63,766 bases of DNA, filler included, from Octopus bimaculoides (GCF_001194135.2; 3 parts of 3 records of this genome joined end to end with filler, not necessarily neighbours in it), one strand, 5' to 3'; counted from the whole stretch's first letter, positions 12,037 through 24,085 are shown. The notes: a model not told the origin generated them from the sequence alone. A program made the numbers and translations.

Positions 12037-13373
12037 AGTGAGTGTAACCTGATGCAAAAAGAAAACAAAGAGAACTACTGCGCAGAGTCAGGGAAACGAA
12101 AGCACGAACCTTAAAACCGTGGAAATATAAAGAGAGAAAAATCAATAATAAAAGAAGTGTGTAATAAAAAATACGTAAAAGGAGGAAACAGGATAACGTC
12201 TGATGTTTAGATATACATAAACATATATAAATACATACCTATATATATACATACGTATATATACATAAATACATATATACATATATACAAACATACATAT
12301 AATCATACCTACATATTTACATACGTACATACAGGCATATCTATATCTATATATATACATATACATATACCAACACATACATACATATACATACGTATGA
12401 CGCGAAGGTAACGAAGAATACCCACAAATACATACTAAAATTATGCAGAGTTAGTTTTAGTCTGATGCTCAGAAAATGGAGGCGGGAAGAAGGAAATATC
12501 TTTAACGTTTCGAGCATTCACTCTTATTCCAAGAGACGGGCTAGGCATGCAGACGCAAGAACATATATATATANNNNNNNNNNNNNNNNNNNNNNNNNNN
12601 NNNNNNNNNNNNNNNNNNNNNNNNNNNNNNNNNNNNNNNNNNNNNNNNNNNNNNNNNNNNNNNNNNNNNNNNNNNNNNNNNNNNNNNNNNNNNNNNNNNN
12701 NNNNNNNNNNNNNNNNNNNNNNNNNNNNNNNNNNNNNNNNNNNNNNNNNNNNNNNNNNNNNNNNNNNNNNNNNNNNNNNNNNNNNNNNNNNNNNNNNNNN
12801 NNNNNNNNNNNNNNNNNNNNNNNNNNNNNNNNNNNNNNNNNNNNNNNNNNNNNNNNNNNNNNNNNNNNNNNNNNNNNNNNNNNNNNNNNNNNNNNNNNNN
12901 NNNNNNNNNNNNNNNNNNNNNNNNNNNNNNNNNNNNNNNNNNNNNNNNNNNNNNNNNNNNNNNNNNNNNNNNNNNNNNNNNNNNNNNNNNNNNNNNNNNN
13001 NNNNNNNNNNNNNNNNNNNNNNNNNNNNNNNNNNNNNNNNNNNNNNNNNNNNNNNNNNNNNNNNNNNNNNNNNNNNNNNNNNNNNNNNNNNNNNNNNNNN
13101 NNNNNNNNNNNNNNNNNNNNNNNNNNNNNNNNNNNNNNNNNNNNNNNNNNNNNNNNNNNNNNNNNNNNNNNNNNNNNNNNNNNNNNNNNNNNNNNNNNNN
13201 NNNNNNNNNNNNNNNNNNNNNNNNNNNNNNNNNNNNNNNNNNNNNNNNNNNNNNNNNNNNNNNNNNNNNNNNNNNNNNNNNNNNNNNNNNNNNNNNNNNN
13301 NNNNNNNNNNNNNNNNNNNNNNNNNNNNNNNNNNNNNNNNNNNNNNNNNNNNNNNNNNNNNNNNNNNNNNNNT

Positions 13374-13712
13374 GAATTGCCTCGAGTTCTGCTGTCCACT
13401 TAACACTGTGTGGTGACCACAACTGAGAGCAATAGTCTAGGCGGCTCAGAAGAAATGTCTTCCATAGAGTCAACATGACTTTTTGATCCCTTGTACGGAA
13501 TGTCCTCAGTATCCACCCTGCCAGTTGTCTGCACTTTGCTGTCAACTTGACAATGTGCATGTGAAATGATGCATCACTACACATGTTGATGCCCAGATCT
13601 CTTACTGTTTGTGGTTCTGGGATTGCAGTACCTCCAGGCCCTGTGTATGCCAGTTGGGAGGTACTTGTGGTCTTGTAGCGCAGTACTTGAAATTTTTTTG
13701 CATTGAACTGCA
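13374..13712 (-). mobile_element. CR1-like LINE, C-terminal RT/thumb fragment
   Basis: MQFNAKKFQVLRY...VRDLGI...FHMHI...GWILRTF...SRLDYCSQLWSP...LEAI; truncated by an N gap. Confidence 0.85.
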
Positions 13713-13755
13713 TATATATATATATATATCATAAATCTCTGAACGAGGTATAAAC

Positions 13756-13859
13756 AGTATATTTGCCACTTAAATGTGGCTAACCACTAAGGGTGAATGC
13801 TACAAGCTACAGTAGCATTCACCCTTAGTTGTTACCCGTATTTAAGTGGCAAATATACT
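13756..13859. repeat. 104-bp foldback hairpin (MITE-like)
   Basis: Perfect 20-bp outer arms AGTATATTTGCCACTTAAAT, perfect 18-bp inner arms ACTAAGGGTGAATGCTAC, 8-nt loop. Confidence 0.85.
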
Positions 13860-13890
13860 TCACGCTATATATACATATATATATATATAT

Positions 13891-13955
<65 letters not shown>

Positions 13956-14095
13956 CAGGCAGACAGACAGATAGATAGATGGATAGATGCGATGATTTGT
14001 GAAACGGTGACGAACGACAATTCTGTAAATTGTAATATTTTATAAGTTTAAAGCTTATAAACTATCACTGTTTATTGACTAAATAGTCTAATATT

Positions 14096-14136
<41 letters not shown>

Positions 14137-14249
14137 GTGTGTGCATATACATATACAAACAAGTACCTATGTATACATATACACGCACATGTTTATATAT
14201 GTTTGTATATGTCTATTGTTGACGTCTTAATAATCTATAAATTTAAAGT

Positions 14250-14420
14250 AAGGAGCTGGCATGACCCTTACCCTGCCGAGCAAAATTTTTGGTGGCTTTT
14301 CGCCCGTCTTTACATTCTGAGTCCAAATACCGCCGTGCTCGACTTTGATCCTTTCAGGTTCGATAAAATAATCAATGGGGTTGATTTAATCGACCTACGC
14401 CTTTGCCCGAAATTGTTGTC
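14250..14420 (+). mobile_element. Meta-like SINE, diverged copy
   Basis: GAGCTGGC...CTGAGTCCAAATACCGCCG...GACTTTGATCCTTTCAGGTTCGATAAAATAA aligns with 5876-6098. Confidence 0.7.
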
Positions 14421-15939
14421 CTTGTGCCAAAAGTTAAAACTAATTATTTATAAACTGGGAGAGAATGTGAAATATTTTTTATTATTTCTATCTGGAACGG
14501 TGAATCTCGAAGCAGATAAAGCCAAAAATGATAATGTGTAAATATCGAGTAAAGAAATTCTTTTGGACAGAAAAAGCCAATGGATGCCCGTGGCACTGGG
14601 AAACACTCTCTCCTGTAAAAATGTTAATTGTTATACCATTGGAACAAAATAATCCTTTGAATTTCTCGAATCATTTTAGAATCGTTATTCTTACCAGTTC
14701 TGTTACCAACTTTTCTAATTGCATTTTCTTTTTCGAGGCATAACGTTCCAAAAAGATGTCATTTGTGTGTGTTTATGCGTATCGTCTTCTGCTTTCTTCT
14801 TTATTTCATTATACACTTCTTTGTTAATTTTTTCCTTATATTTCTACGTTTTACCGGCATGTGCTTTCGTCTGGTCCTTTTGGTTCCTTTTTGCCTCAAC
14901 ATATGCATAAACGTGATTTACATAGACCTGTAGAAAACAGTCTGCCAGGCGGAATTTCTGCTAATATACATAATGGCATTACGTATTTAGCATAAAAAAG
15001 TAGCCAAATGAATATCATAGGGGGAGAAACTACGAACTATTAAATAGTTATAATACTGATGCTACAAAGTCTACTTTCAGTATCGTAACTATTTCATAAC
15101 GCTAATAAGAATGATTTATTCAGAAGAGAAGAACAACAACGGAGAACAAACAAGTAAAAACAAACCGCAGAAAGTAATTTTTAGCCAAAACAATTTTATA
15201 TCCAAGCAGTATGCATAGTATTTGCAGAAGAGAAAAATAATGCAAATGTATGGCGTTAAATTACCATGATAAGTTGTTCACTGAAAGTTGTAGTAAATAC
15301 GAGTGTTTGTAGAAGGTTTGAAAACTAAATGGAGTATAAAAGACCTAAACAAGTTCTTGGCTAAAATAATTCATTAGCAACAGATAATGGGAGTGACGCA
15401 TGTGTTTGTGTTTGTGTATGTGTGTGCGAGAGAGAGAAAGATAGACAGACAGACAGACAGACAGATAGACAGACAGACAGACAGAGAAGGAGAAAGATGG
15501 AGGGAGAAGGAGAGAGAGGGCGACTGAGAGCATGTCTCATGGTTTCCTTACGGTGGGCGTGGATTCCTGCCGAGTTGGAAACAGTCTTTGACTAACTGTT
15601 GATAAAAGTGCCTTTATAACAACGCTTCTACCGGCGAGAAGATTACAGGACTTAAAAGCTTGGATCGTTCTTAGAATTTCGCACCAAGAATGAAAAAAAA
15701 GGCTGGTCCTTTAATCTTCTGTCAAGGAGGCATTAAAATAGAATGGGCGGGGGTACTAAATTGCCTGGAATTCTGTTACAAATGTGTGGCTGTAATGCGA
15801 AAATGTTCATTTGAGTGGCAGGTCAGCCAAAATGGAAAATCACCGAGAGACAACATGTTCTGTGAATTGATAAATACTGAGTTCGATTCTTGACTAGTGG
15901 CTCCGTTATACGTACCTGCGAAGAGTATCTCGTGTAACG

Positions 15940-17155
15940 CATTGGTTCTCAAGCGGGATCCATATAAGATTTTGTTGTTAAAAGTTATGAAGAACTAGCT
16001 GTTTTTCCCGGTTTCACTCGGGCAGTATGGTGGATTTGGTTAAAGGCTATTTCCTATGTATATTTTGAATAATAAAAAGAACTAAAAATAAAAAAAAATT
16101 TTTAATTCCAAAAACAAAAAAAAAGTAAGAATAACCCAAAAACAATACGATGCTAAGGATTTTGCGGGTCGATATTGTAAAACTAACTTCACGTTTGTAC
16201 CCATAGCCCCATGTAGTCACGGAACCTTATTTGTGGTATAACCTCGCCTTAAAAGAAAAATATATGGTAGTGCAGTTGTTGTATTGGCGACACAAGAATG
16301 TTAATCGAAACTGTTCAAGATCAATCATAGGTTGGACGTTCATGTACACTTATTAGAATTGTGAATTTCAATTATTGAAAACNNNNNNNNNNNNNNNNNN
16401 NNNNNNNNNNNNNNNNNNNNNNNNNNNNNNNNNNNNNNNNNNNNNNNNNNNNNNNNNNNNNNNNNNNNNNNNNNNNNNNNNNNNNNNNNNNNNNNNNNNN
16501 NNNNNNNNNNNNNNNNNNNNNNNNNNNNNNNNNNNNNNNNNNNNNNNNNNNNNNNNNNNNNNNNNAGCTTTTTTTTTTAATGCACAAAAAATTGAAATTA
16601 TTTTTTTTCTGTGCCTCTGATTAAAATTTTCGAAAAACAAACCCAGCCACATTACTTGGAAAAAAATAATCTTTATTGTGCTGATTTTTTCGTAAAATTT
16701 CGCGCATGGGAAAGGCAACAAAATCGCCCCTCCCCACTTTGAATGGGATATTCCTATCTTAAAAAGTAATAATCGATTATCTCGGTAACCATGGGAGTTG
16801 GAGGGCAATAAAAATCTCCTGAACATGAGCGGACCATGCTGCCGCTCTGTGCTGAATTCCACGCGATTCCACTGCACCGTTCTCGAGTGAATCTGCCGAC
16901 ACTCAATCAATCAATCAATCAAGCAAGCAAGCAAGCAAGCAAGCAATCAAAAACACTGCAATTTATAGTATAGATAAATTGGTTATACTTCTCTAATACA
17001 GAGAATATTTTAATTTTTCTTAAACAAGTCTTAATATTTTATTTAAAAATATATCACATTAGAATTGTTTATGTACATTGAATTGCTATGGGGGTCCAGT
17101 AGAGTAAAACAGGGAGCAAAAGGGTCCATAGGCAGAAAAGGGTTGAGAAACACTA
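15940..17155. mobile_element. hAT-type non-autonomous DNA transposon (MITE), interrupted
   Basis: TIRs CATTGGTTCTCAAGC / TAGTGTTTCTCAACC (hAT CAGTGGTTCTCAA type) and an 8-bp target-site duplication GTGTAACG/GTGTAAAG (7/8). Confidence 0.7.
15994..16975 (+). mobile_element. Helitron-like non-autonomous element (DINE-1/Lep1-like architecture)
   Basis: 5' ACTAGCTGTTTTTCCCGGTTTCACTCGGG, subterminal (TCAA)n(GCAA)n microsatellite, 3' TTTATAGTATAGAT; contains an N gap. Confidence 0.55.
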
Positions 17156-17194
17156 GTGTAAAGTAAGATTTATGGTACGCATAAATGTCAAGTG

Positions 17195-17245
<51 letters not shown>

Positions 17246-18025
17246 TCGTGTGTGCGTATGTGTGTGTACATATATAATTTCTTTTTTTTTGCAAGATTCT
17301 TAATGAGAAAGCATGTGTTAGAAAAAGATGTTTTACCTTGAGAATACTCTGGCAAATAATAAATGCTCGTTTGTTTTTTTCTACATGGCACTCCATCGTT
17401 ATATGTCTGAAGACAGGAAAATTTATCCAAACTTCAGAAATAATCAACAAAAGTTACAGAAGAAAAAGAATAGATCTTCAAAAATACATAAAACACGGTA
17501 AAAAATATCTTCAGTGTTCATTCAAATAATATTGGAAAGAAAAGAACGAATTTATCTGGCAGTACCAAGTAGTTGGAATCTCAACGGCCATGGTGATTAA
17601 CTCGGTAGCATTCCAGCGTGCATGTGGCTAACAGGTGTATGCAGGAAGAATTTCGATTATATTCTTAGTTTTATCAACCAATCAATGGAGCAAGCAGTGC
17701 AATATCAACTAGTTAGAAGATATCAGGTGCTCTGCTAATATGATGTTTGCAGAAACACTTGCTGTACCTGTCACGCAGTGTGAAGATAGTAAAAACTGAA
17801 TATCAATAGAGTGTAGTTTTCGTTCAAGTTATGTTACAAACGTTTCGATAGCATGGCTATTCATTTGAGTATAGTGTATTACGTAATATTAGATTACATA
17901 ACATGAACTACATTTTATGAATTATACAGCCACGCATCTCATCAGGCATATTTGTCTATATATTTATCAATTAATCTATTTATCTACCTATCTATACATA
18001 CATACATACATACATTCATAATTTC

Positions 18026-18905
18026 CACATAAACCGTGATGTAGACCGCCTCTACCTAAAACGAAAACAAGGCGAAAAGGGCTTAACATCAATCCGAAAT
18101 GCCTTTGAATGTCGCATCATATCCATTCGACATGATATAACCACCAAGTGTCGAAGTGCATCCCTTGACCAAGTTTGCATACATGAGGCTGATAACATTA
18201 TAAGACTTGGAAGGCAGCTCCTTGAGCAACACTCTTTGTCTGATAACCTAGAATACATGCTCAAAGAAGTTGCACAACTCTACTGCAACGTATCATCAGA
18301 TGAAAGGATGAGCCTGTGTGAGCAGAAGACTATGCATGGATATGTTAGTAGAAAGTTCCGTGATGATAGTAACATCGATCATCAAGGCAGTTTGTCATGG
18401 ACGAATAGCCGAATTACCACCTGCCATTTTGAAGGGTATGTGCTAGCAATCCAAAAACAAGAAATATAAATTAAATACTTGATGCGCAAAAGGGATAGAG
18501 ATGCAGGAAAAGCATTAACATGTGACAACTGATGCAGACTTTGTGGAATTAACACCGAAGATATCACCCACATCATTAGCTGTTATCCGAAAATGTCATC
18601 ACGGTATTATCTACAGATGAGACATGACGTTGTAGCTAGGACATTCTACAATGAAATCCATCGGAAGGATAATCCCGAGGACAAAGAAATAAGAACCCAC
18701 AATATGGTAGAAACCATGGCCACTCATAATAAAAAGGAATACTGGTGGAATGTCCCGGTGAAGACCTCAATAAAATGTAAGCACAACAAACCTGATATAA
18801 TGATTTGGGACCACTAGAGAAGAGAATCTGTGTACAGTTGTGGAAATTAGCTGCTCAGCGGATGTTAACATAAAGCTGAAGATCAGTGAAAAAGAGAATA
18901 CCTAT
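18026..18905 (+). mobile_element. R4/Dong-clade LINE 3' fragment: thumb, CCHC zinc knuckle, REL endonuclease
   Basis: DVDRLYLKRKQGEKGL, KTMHG, EGYVLAIQKQEI, CRLCGINTEDITHIISC, RHDVV, WWNVPV...KPDIMIWD, VEISCSADVNIKLKISEKENTY. Confidence 0.88.
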
Positions 18906-19005
18906 NNNNNNNNNNNNNNNNNNNNNNNNNNNNNNNNNNNNNNNNNNNNTTAATTAATTAANNNNNNNNNNNNNNNNNNNNNNNNNNNNNNNNNNNNNNN
19001 NNNNN
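18906..19005. other. Artificial 100-bp scaffold gap with six-frame-stop spacer
   Basis: 44 N + TTAATTAATTAA (18950-18961) + 44 N; identical to 41488-41587. Confidence 0.9.
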
Positions 19006-19169
19006 CATAGACGGCATTTCTCATACACAAATGAAATGTAAAAAAAACAGAAAATGAAAGAAATTAGTTTAACATTAATTGAAGTTGGTCCTAGCATCAA
19101 CATCACAGCATTTCATGAAACTAAACAATAGAATGTAACTGTCACAGAAATGCAGAAAACTCCATATGA

Positions 19170-19275
19170 AGCTTAAGCCATGTGGTTAAGAAGTTTGGTA
19201 TGCAGTCATATGATTCTAGTTTTGATCTCACCGTCTGGTGCCTTAGGCAAGTGTTTTCTACTATGGTCGCAAGAT
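19170..19275 (+). mobile_element. Diverged CORE-type SINE fragment
   Basis: ATGTGGTTAAGAAG...GGTGCCTTAGGCAAGTGTTTTCTACTAT. Confidence 0.6.
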
Positions 19276-19346
19276 GACTCAGTAGTTGGGTGAAATTTGG
19301 GAGATAGAAACTACACAATCGCCTGTTGTAATTACTTGCATATATA

Positions 19347-19765
19347 TCATCATCATCATCACCATCATCGTTTAACATCCACTTTCCATGCTAGCATGGG
19401 TTGGACAATTCGACTGAGGACTGGTGAACCAGATGGCTGCACCAGGCTCCAATCTGATCTGGCAGACTTTCTACAGCTGGATGCCCTTCCTAACGCCAAC
19501 CTCTCTGAGAGTGTAGTGGGTACTTTTACGTGCCACTGACTTGAGGGCCAGTCAGGCAGTACTGGCAATGGCCACATTCAAATGGTGTATTTTACGTGCC
19601 ACCTGCACAGGCACCAATCCAGCGGCACTGGCAACAACCTCGCTCGAATGTTTTTTCACGTGTCACCAGTACAAGTGCCAATAAGGTGACACTGGTGACA
19701 ATCACGATCAAATGGTGCTTTTTATGTGCCACCAGCACGGAAGCCAGACAGCTGCTCTGGCAATG
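19347..19765 (-). mobile_element. RTE LINE 3' UTR with ~65-bp tandem units and (GAT)n tail
   Basis: Reverse complement of 23200-23643 and 29260-29563. Confidence 0.85.
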
Positions 19766-20010
19766 ATCACGCTTGGATGTAACAAATGCAACAAGTTCTA
19801 TGTGGGTAGCACAACAAGACTGTTGCACATCCGCATCAAAACATCTGAGCATGAGAGCTTCCTCCTTCAGAAAACATCTAAACAGATACCAGAACACCAA
19901 CAAAAGCATAACAGTCACAATTGAGGCCAATGAAAGAAATTTGGGTAATTTAAGAATTAAGGAAGCTATACTCATACACAGACTAGGACCCAAATTAACA
20001 ACAGGCTGGA
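19766..20010 (+). mobile_element. Penelope-like element GIY-YIG endonuclease fragment
   Basis: CNKCNKFYVGSTTRLLHIRI then (frameshift) SSFRKHL...NLRIKEAILIHRLGPKL. Confidence 0.8.
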
Positions 20011-20853
20011 AGTTGGTAATCAATATATTATTTAGCTACATCTGGATGTGTGTAGGTTCATTTTTGATATGCTCATCTATTGTTTATAAAAAAAAAATAG
20101 AGAAGAGAAAAAAAGGAAGGGGAAAAAAAGAAGCTGCACATATAATACATAACTTAGAAGCAGCACTACGGATGTACCAACACACATGAGATTGAGACAT
20201 GACCGAACTCATGCACATCTCATGAGGAATTCTGGAAGGAGTTTTGTGAGACCACTGCTGAGACGCTTCTGAAAAAAGAAAAGCCATTGGAAAACAGATT
20301 ATAGTAGCGACTCCATCTAAGAATATCTGAAGAAGGAATTTTATTCCAAAATATCATCAGACTATGGATGATTAAATTGCAACAGTTATTATAGTCCATT
20401 GTTTGTATAATAGTGCATTGCTGTACTATTCAAAACTTTTTATTCTTTACATATATATATATATANNNNNNNNNNNNNNNNNNNNNNNNNNNNNNNNNNN
20501 NNNNNNNNNNNNNNNNNNNNNNNNNNNNNNNNNNNNNNNNNNNNNNNNNNNNNNNNNNNNNNNNNNNNNNNNNNNNNNNNNNNNNNNNNNNNNNNNNNNN
20601 NNNNNNNNNNNNNNNNNNNNNNNNNNNNNNNNNNNNNNNNNNNNNNNNNNNNNNNNNNNNNNNNNNNNNNNNNNNNNNNNNNNNNNNNNNNNNNNNNNNN
20701 NNNNNNNNNNNNNNNNNNNNNNNNNNNNNNNNNNNNNNNNNNNNNNNNNNNNNNNNNNNNNNNNNNNNNNNNNNNNNNNNNNNNNNNNNNNNNNNNNNNN
20801 NNNNNNNNNNNNNNNNNNNNNNNNNNNNNNNNNNNNNNNNNNNNNNNNNNNNN

Positions 20854-20905
<52 letters not shown>

Positions 20906-21154
20906 ATACACACACACACACACACATATATATATGTATGTATGTATGTGTGTGTGTGTGTATGTGTATGTACATTTGTATATATGTGTGTGTAATGTGT
21001 GTATATATATATGCATGTATGTATATGTTGTGTGTGTGTGTGTTTCTTTAGAGACACAACTGTATTCTGGCTTCATCATTTTTATTACGGATTTTTCATA
21101 CTTTTGCATCAGTTTCTTGCCATTGGAACAATAAAATTTCTAACCTTCACACTT

Positions 21155-21281
21155 TCATTTTCAAGAAATGAAATAAATTTGGCATCTGTGGTGCTTCTTA
21201 ATTATATACTGGTCAAAATTTTGTTGACTCTTCTGCCAGAAGTTCTGCAGATGCCAAATCTATTTCATTTCTTGAAAATGA
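21155..21281. repeat. 34-bp inverted repeat with 59-nt spacer (MITE-like)
   Basis: TCATTTTCAAGAAATGAAATAAATTTGGCATCTG (21155-21188) against the reverse complement of 21248-21281, 1 mismatch. Confidence 0.8.
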
Positions 21282-21494
21282 GTCTACTGTGAAGGTCTGG
21301 AAACATTGAATATGGATTCTGGAACATTATTATTCCAAACTGCCTGCAAGAAACTGATACAAAACCATGGAAGATTTGTAATTAAAAGATAAAACTGGAA
21401 CACTGTCTTTAATTTCATTAATGAAACATGCTTCAGATGCACCTATATACTTATTTAAACCATATGCACAATTTCATCAGGACTTTGAAACAGT

Positions 21495-21845
21495 CATCAT
21501 CATCATCATCATTGTTTCATTGTTTAACGGCTACCTTCCATGCTGGCATGGGTTGGACGGTTTGACAGGGAGCTGGCTAGCTGGGAGCTGGCTAGCTGGG
21601 AGCTGGCTAGCTGGGAGCTGGCTAGCTGGGAGCTGTCCAAACTCCAATTGTCTGTTGTGGAATGGTTTCTATGGCTGGATGCCCTTCCTAATGTCAACCA
21701 GTTCCAGAGTGTGCTGGGTGTTTTTCATGTGCTGCTGGCATGGGTGCATTTATGCAGCACTGGCATGGTTCATATTTGCAGCACTGGCATGTGTGTGCTA
21801 ATGCAGCACCGACATGGGTGCTTTTTATATGGCACCAGTATCTGA
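21495..21845 (-). mobile_element. RTE LINE 3' end containing a 15-bp minisatellite
   Basis: (CAT)n tail, CCTTCCATGCTGGCATGGGTTGGACGG, GCTGGATGCCCTTCCTAA; (GGGAGCTGGCTAGCT)x4.5 at 21568-21635. Confidence 0.8.
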
Positions 21846-21879
21846 AAGGTAAGCCTGTTTGTGTGAAAATGGAAGACAG

Positions 21880-22330
21880 TGATTTTCTTTAGCTTGATGC
21901 ATCCTATCAAGTACAGCAAATTGCCACCTTGCTTCATTGCTGCAATACAGGGTTGGAAGTATTAACATGCCTGAATCAGATGATCTTCAATCAATTTTGG
22001 ACAAAGTATGAGTTTTGTAGACTCGAGAGATTGTATGGTGTTATGGGAGAGTTGATTGACCTCTCTTTCTTGACTATACTTCATACACAATAATCCAGTG
22101 GACTGAGGCTATGTATCTGGGTGAAAATGATCATGGATATTAGCATGCACCAGTAGTTGGATTACCCTAGCCTCATGAGATGGATGCAACTGGAACTGAT
22201 CAAAGATGTGTAACTCCATCTTGCTCAGAAGAATTTTATTTCAGGGATCTTTTTCACAACCCTGACTGAACAGGTCTGTATTCTTACCTCTAGTAGTAGA
22301 GACAACATGTGTTTCTGACCAGCAGGTCTG
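21880..22330 (-). mobile_element. Decayed Tc1/mariner transposase C-terminal remnant
   Basis: HIFDQ...HEARVIQLLVHANIHDHF, SLSPLDYCV*SIVKKEVN (compare DLNPLDYxVW), DHLIQAC*YF...IAAMKQGG. Confidence 0.65.
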
Positions 22331-22549
22331 ATGAGTTGCCTAAATTGCTAAGATTATTATATGTGTGAAACCAATGGCAACTCCTTGCCTGACCATAACT
22401 GAAAACTACATTAAATAAATAAATATATAAATAAAAAATATATGTGTATGTATGTATACAGCCTTAGGGCTGAGACATGTAAAAGAATAAAAGAATACAT
22501 ATATACAAATACACTTTATACTCACACACATGAGGCACATGACTAATAG

Positions 22550-23643
22550 CCATGTGCCCCATGCTTCAGTTTTTGGTAGATGTTTATCATAATTACTGGA
22601 ATGACTGGACCATGACTGCTGAGGACATGTGTAGGCTTGAAAGAAATGAAGCTAGTATGATCCGCTGGTTGTGTAATGTCAGTGTGCATACACGATGCAG
22701 TGTAAGTGCCCTTAGAGAAAAGTTGGACATAAGAAGCATCAAATGTGGTATGCAAGAGATATGACTGTGCTGGTATGGCTATGTGTTAGGTTTGGATGAG
22801 GACAGCTGTGTGAGGAAGTGCCACTCCCTAACAGTGGAAGAGGTAGACCCAGGAAGACATGGGATAAGATGGTAAGGCATGACCTTCAAACATTTGGCCT
22901 CACAGAGGCAATGACAAGAAACCGAGACCTTTGGAAATATGCTGTGATTGAAAAGACCTGGCAACTAAAGTGAGATTGCAGCCATGGCTGATGCCAGTGT
23001 TGCATGTCTAGCCTACTTAAGAGTACTCTTGATGCGTCAGGTGATATGATATGCTTGAGAAGACCTATCGAGTCAAGTAAATGCCTAATTGCAGCTGTGG
23101 CCAGTGTCCCCTGAGTGGTCTCCATTCCAGTAGCATGCAAAAGGCATCATTTAAATGTGGTCAAAGCCAGTGTCCTCTGATGGGCCTCCTTTGCTGGTGG
23201 AACATAAAAAGCACTATCGAAACGTGGCCGATGCCAGTATCCCCTGACTGGCTCCCGTGCTGGTAGCATGTAAAAAAGCACTGTCCAAGCATGATCGATG
23301 CCAGGACCACCTGACTGGCCCCCGTGTGCCAGTGGCATGTAAAAGCACCATCCAAATGTGGCTGATGCCAGTACCCCCTGACTGGCTCCCGTGCAGGTGG
23401 CAGGTAAAAAGCACTATCTGAATGTGATTGATGCCAAGCCTGCCTGACTGGCTCCTGTGCCAGTGGCACATGAAAAGCACCCACTACACTCTCAGAGTGG
23501 TTGGCAATGGGAAGGGCATCCAGCTGTAAAACCACTTCCAGATCAGATTGGAGCCTGGTACAGCCACTGGCTCACCAGACCTCAGTCAAACCGTCCAATC
23601 CATGCCAGAATGGAAAACAGACGTTAAATGATGATGATAATGA
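22550..23643 (+). mobile_element. 5'-truncated RTE LINE (ORF C-terminus, 3' UTR tandem array, (GAT)n tail)
   Basis: WTMTAEDMCRLERNEASMIRWLCNV, LREKLDIRSI, RKTWDKMVRHDL, RDLWKYAV; about six ~66-bp units at 23100-23480. Confidence 0.9.
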
Positions 23644-23892
23644 CCATGGAATTTAATTCCACAGTTAAAGGATTAATCAAAGTTTTTCAACTCAACATAT
23701 TATGCATTTGAGGCTGTATTCGAATTATGTTGTGTTAAACACTTCTCTGGTGTATTTTCAGTCAAGTCATAGTGTTCATTTCAACAGTTTGCTATTAAAA
23801 TATAATGCACAGATTATATATTCTAGTGTCAGTAAAGTGACAAACAGAAGGAGCTCTGCCAGCACATAACCCTGATAGTTTGATCTGATAGG

Positions 23893-24085
23893 ACCATAAG
23901 ATGAGAGATGGGAGGAGCTCACAGGCTGGTAGTTTCAATAGGAGATTTGCATGGCGGACACAGTTGTAAGCTTTGCTGGTGTCAAAGGTGAAACATTACT
24001 TTAACAAAATTTCTCCAAAGTAGGTAATATAGAACAGGTCACCAGTGGATCTGGCTTCATGGAAGCCATACTGATGGCCATAAAG
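23893..24085 (-). mobile_element. CR1/Jockey-like LINE RT fragment
   Basis: LYGHQYGFHEARSTGDL...FDTSKAYNCVRHANLLLKL...LILW (RT motifs 2-3). Confidence 0.7.

Noticed and set aside
20326-20362. CTGAAGA-AGGAAT/ATTCC-AAAA hammerhead-like string
   Set aside because: It lacks GAAA, helix III and helix I. Other CTGATGA hits (9358, 31186, 53678, 55160) also lack the required stems.
23100-23480. CRISPR-like regularly spaced repeats
   Set aside because: Units are contiguous, degenerate and lack unique spacers. They sit in a LINE 3' UTR in eukaryotic DNA with no cas genes.
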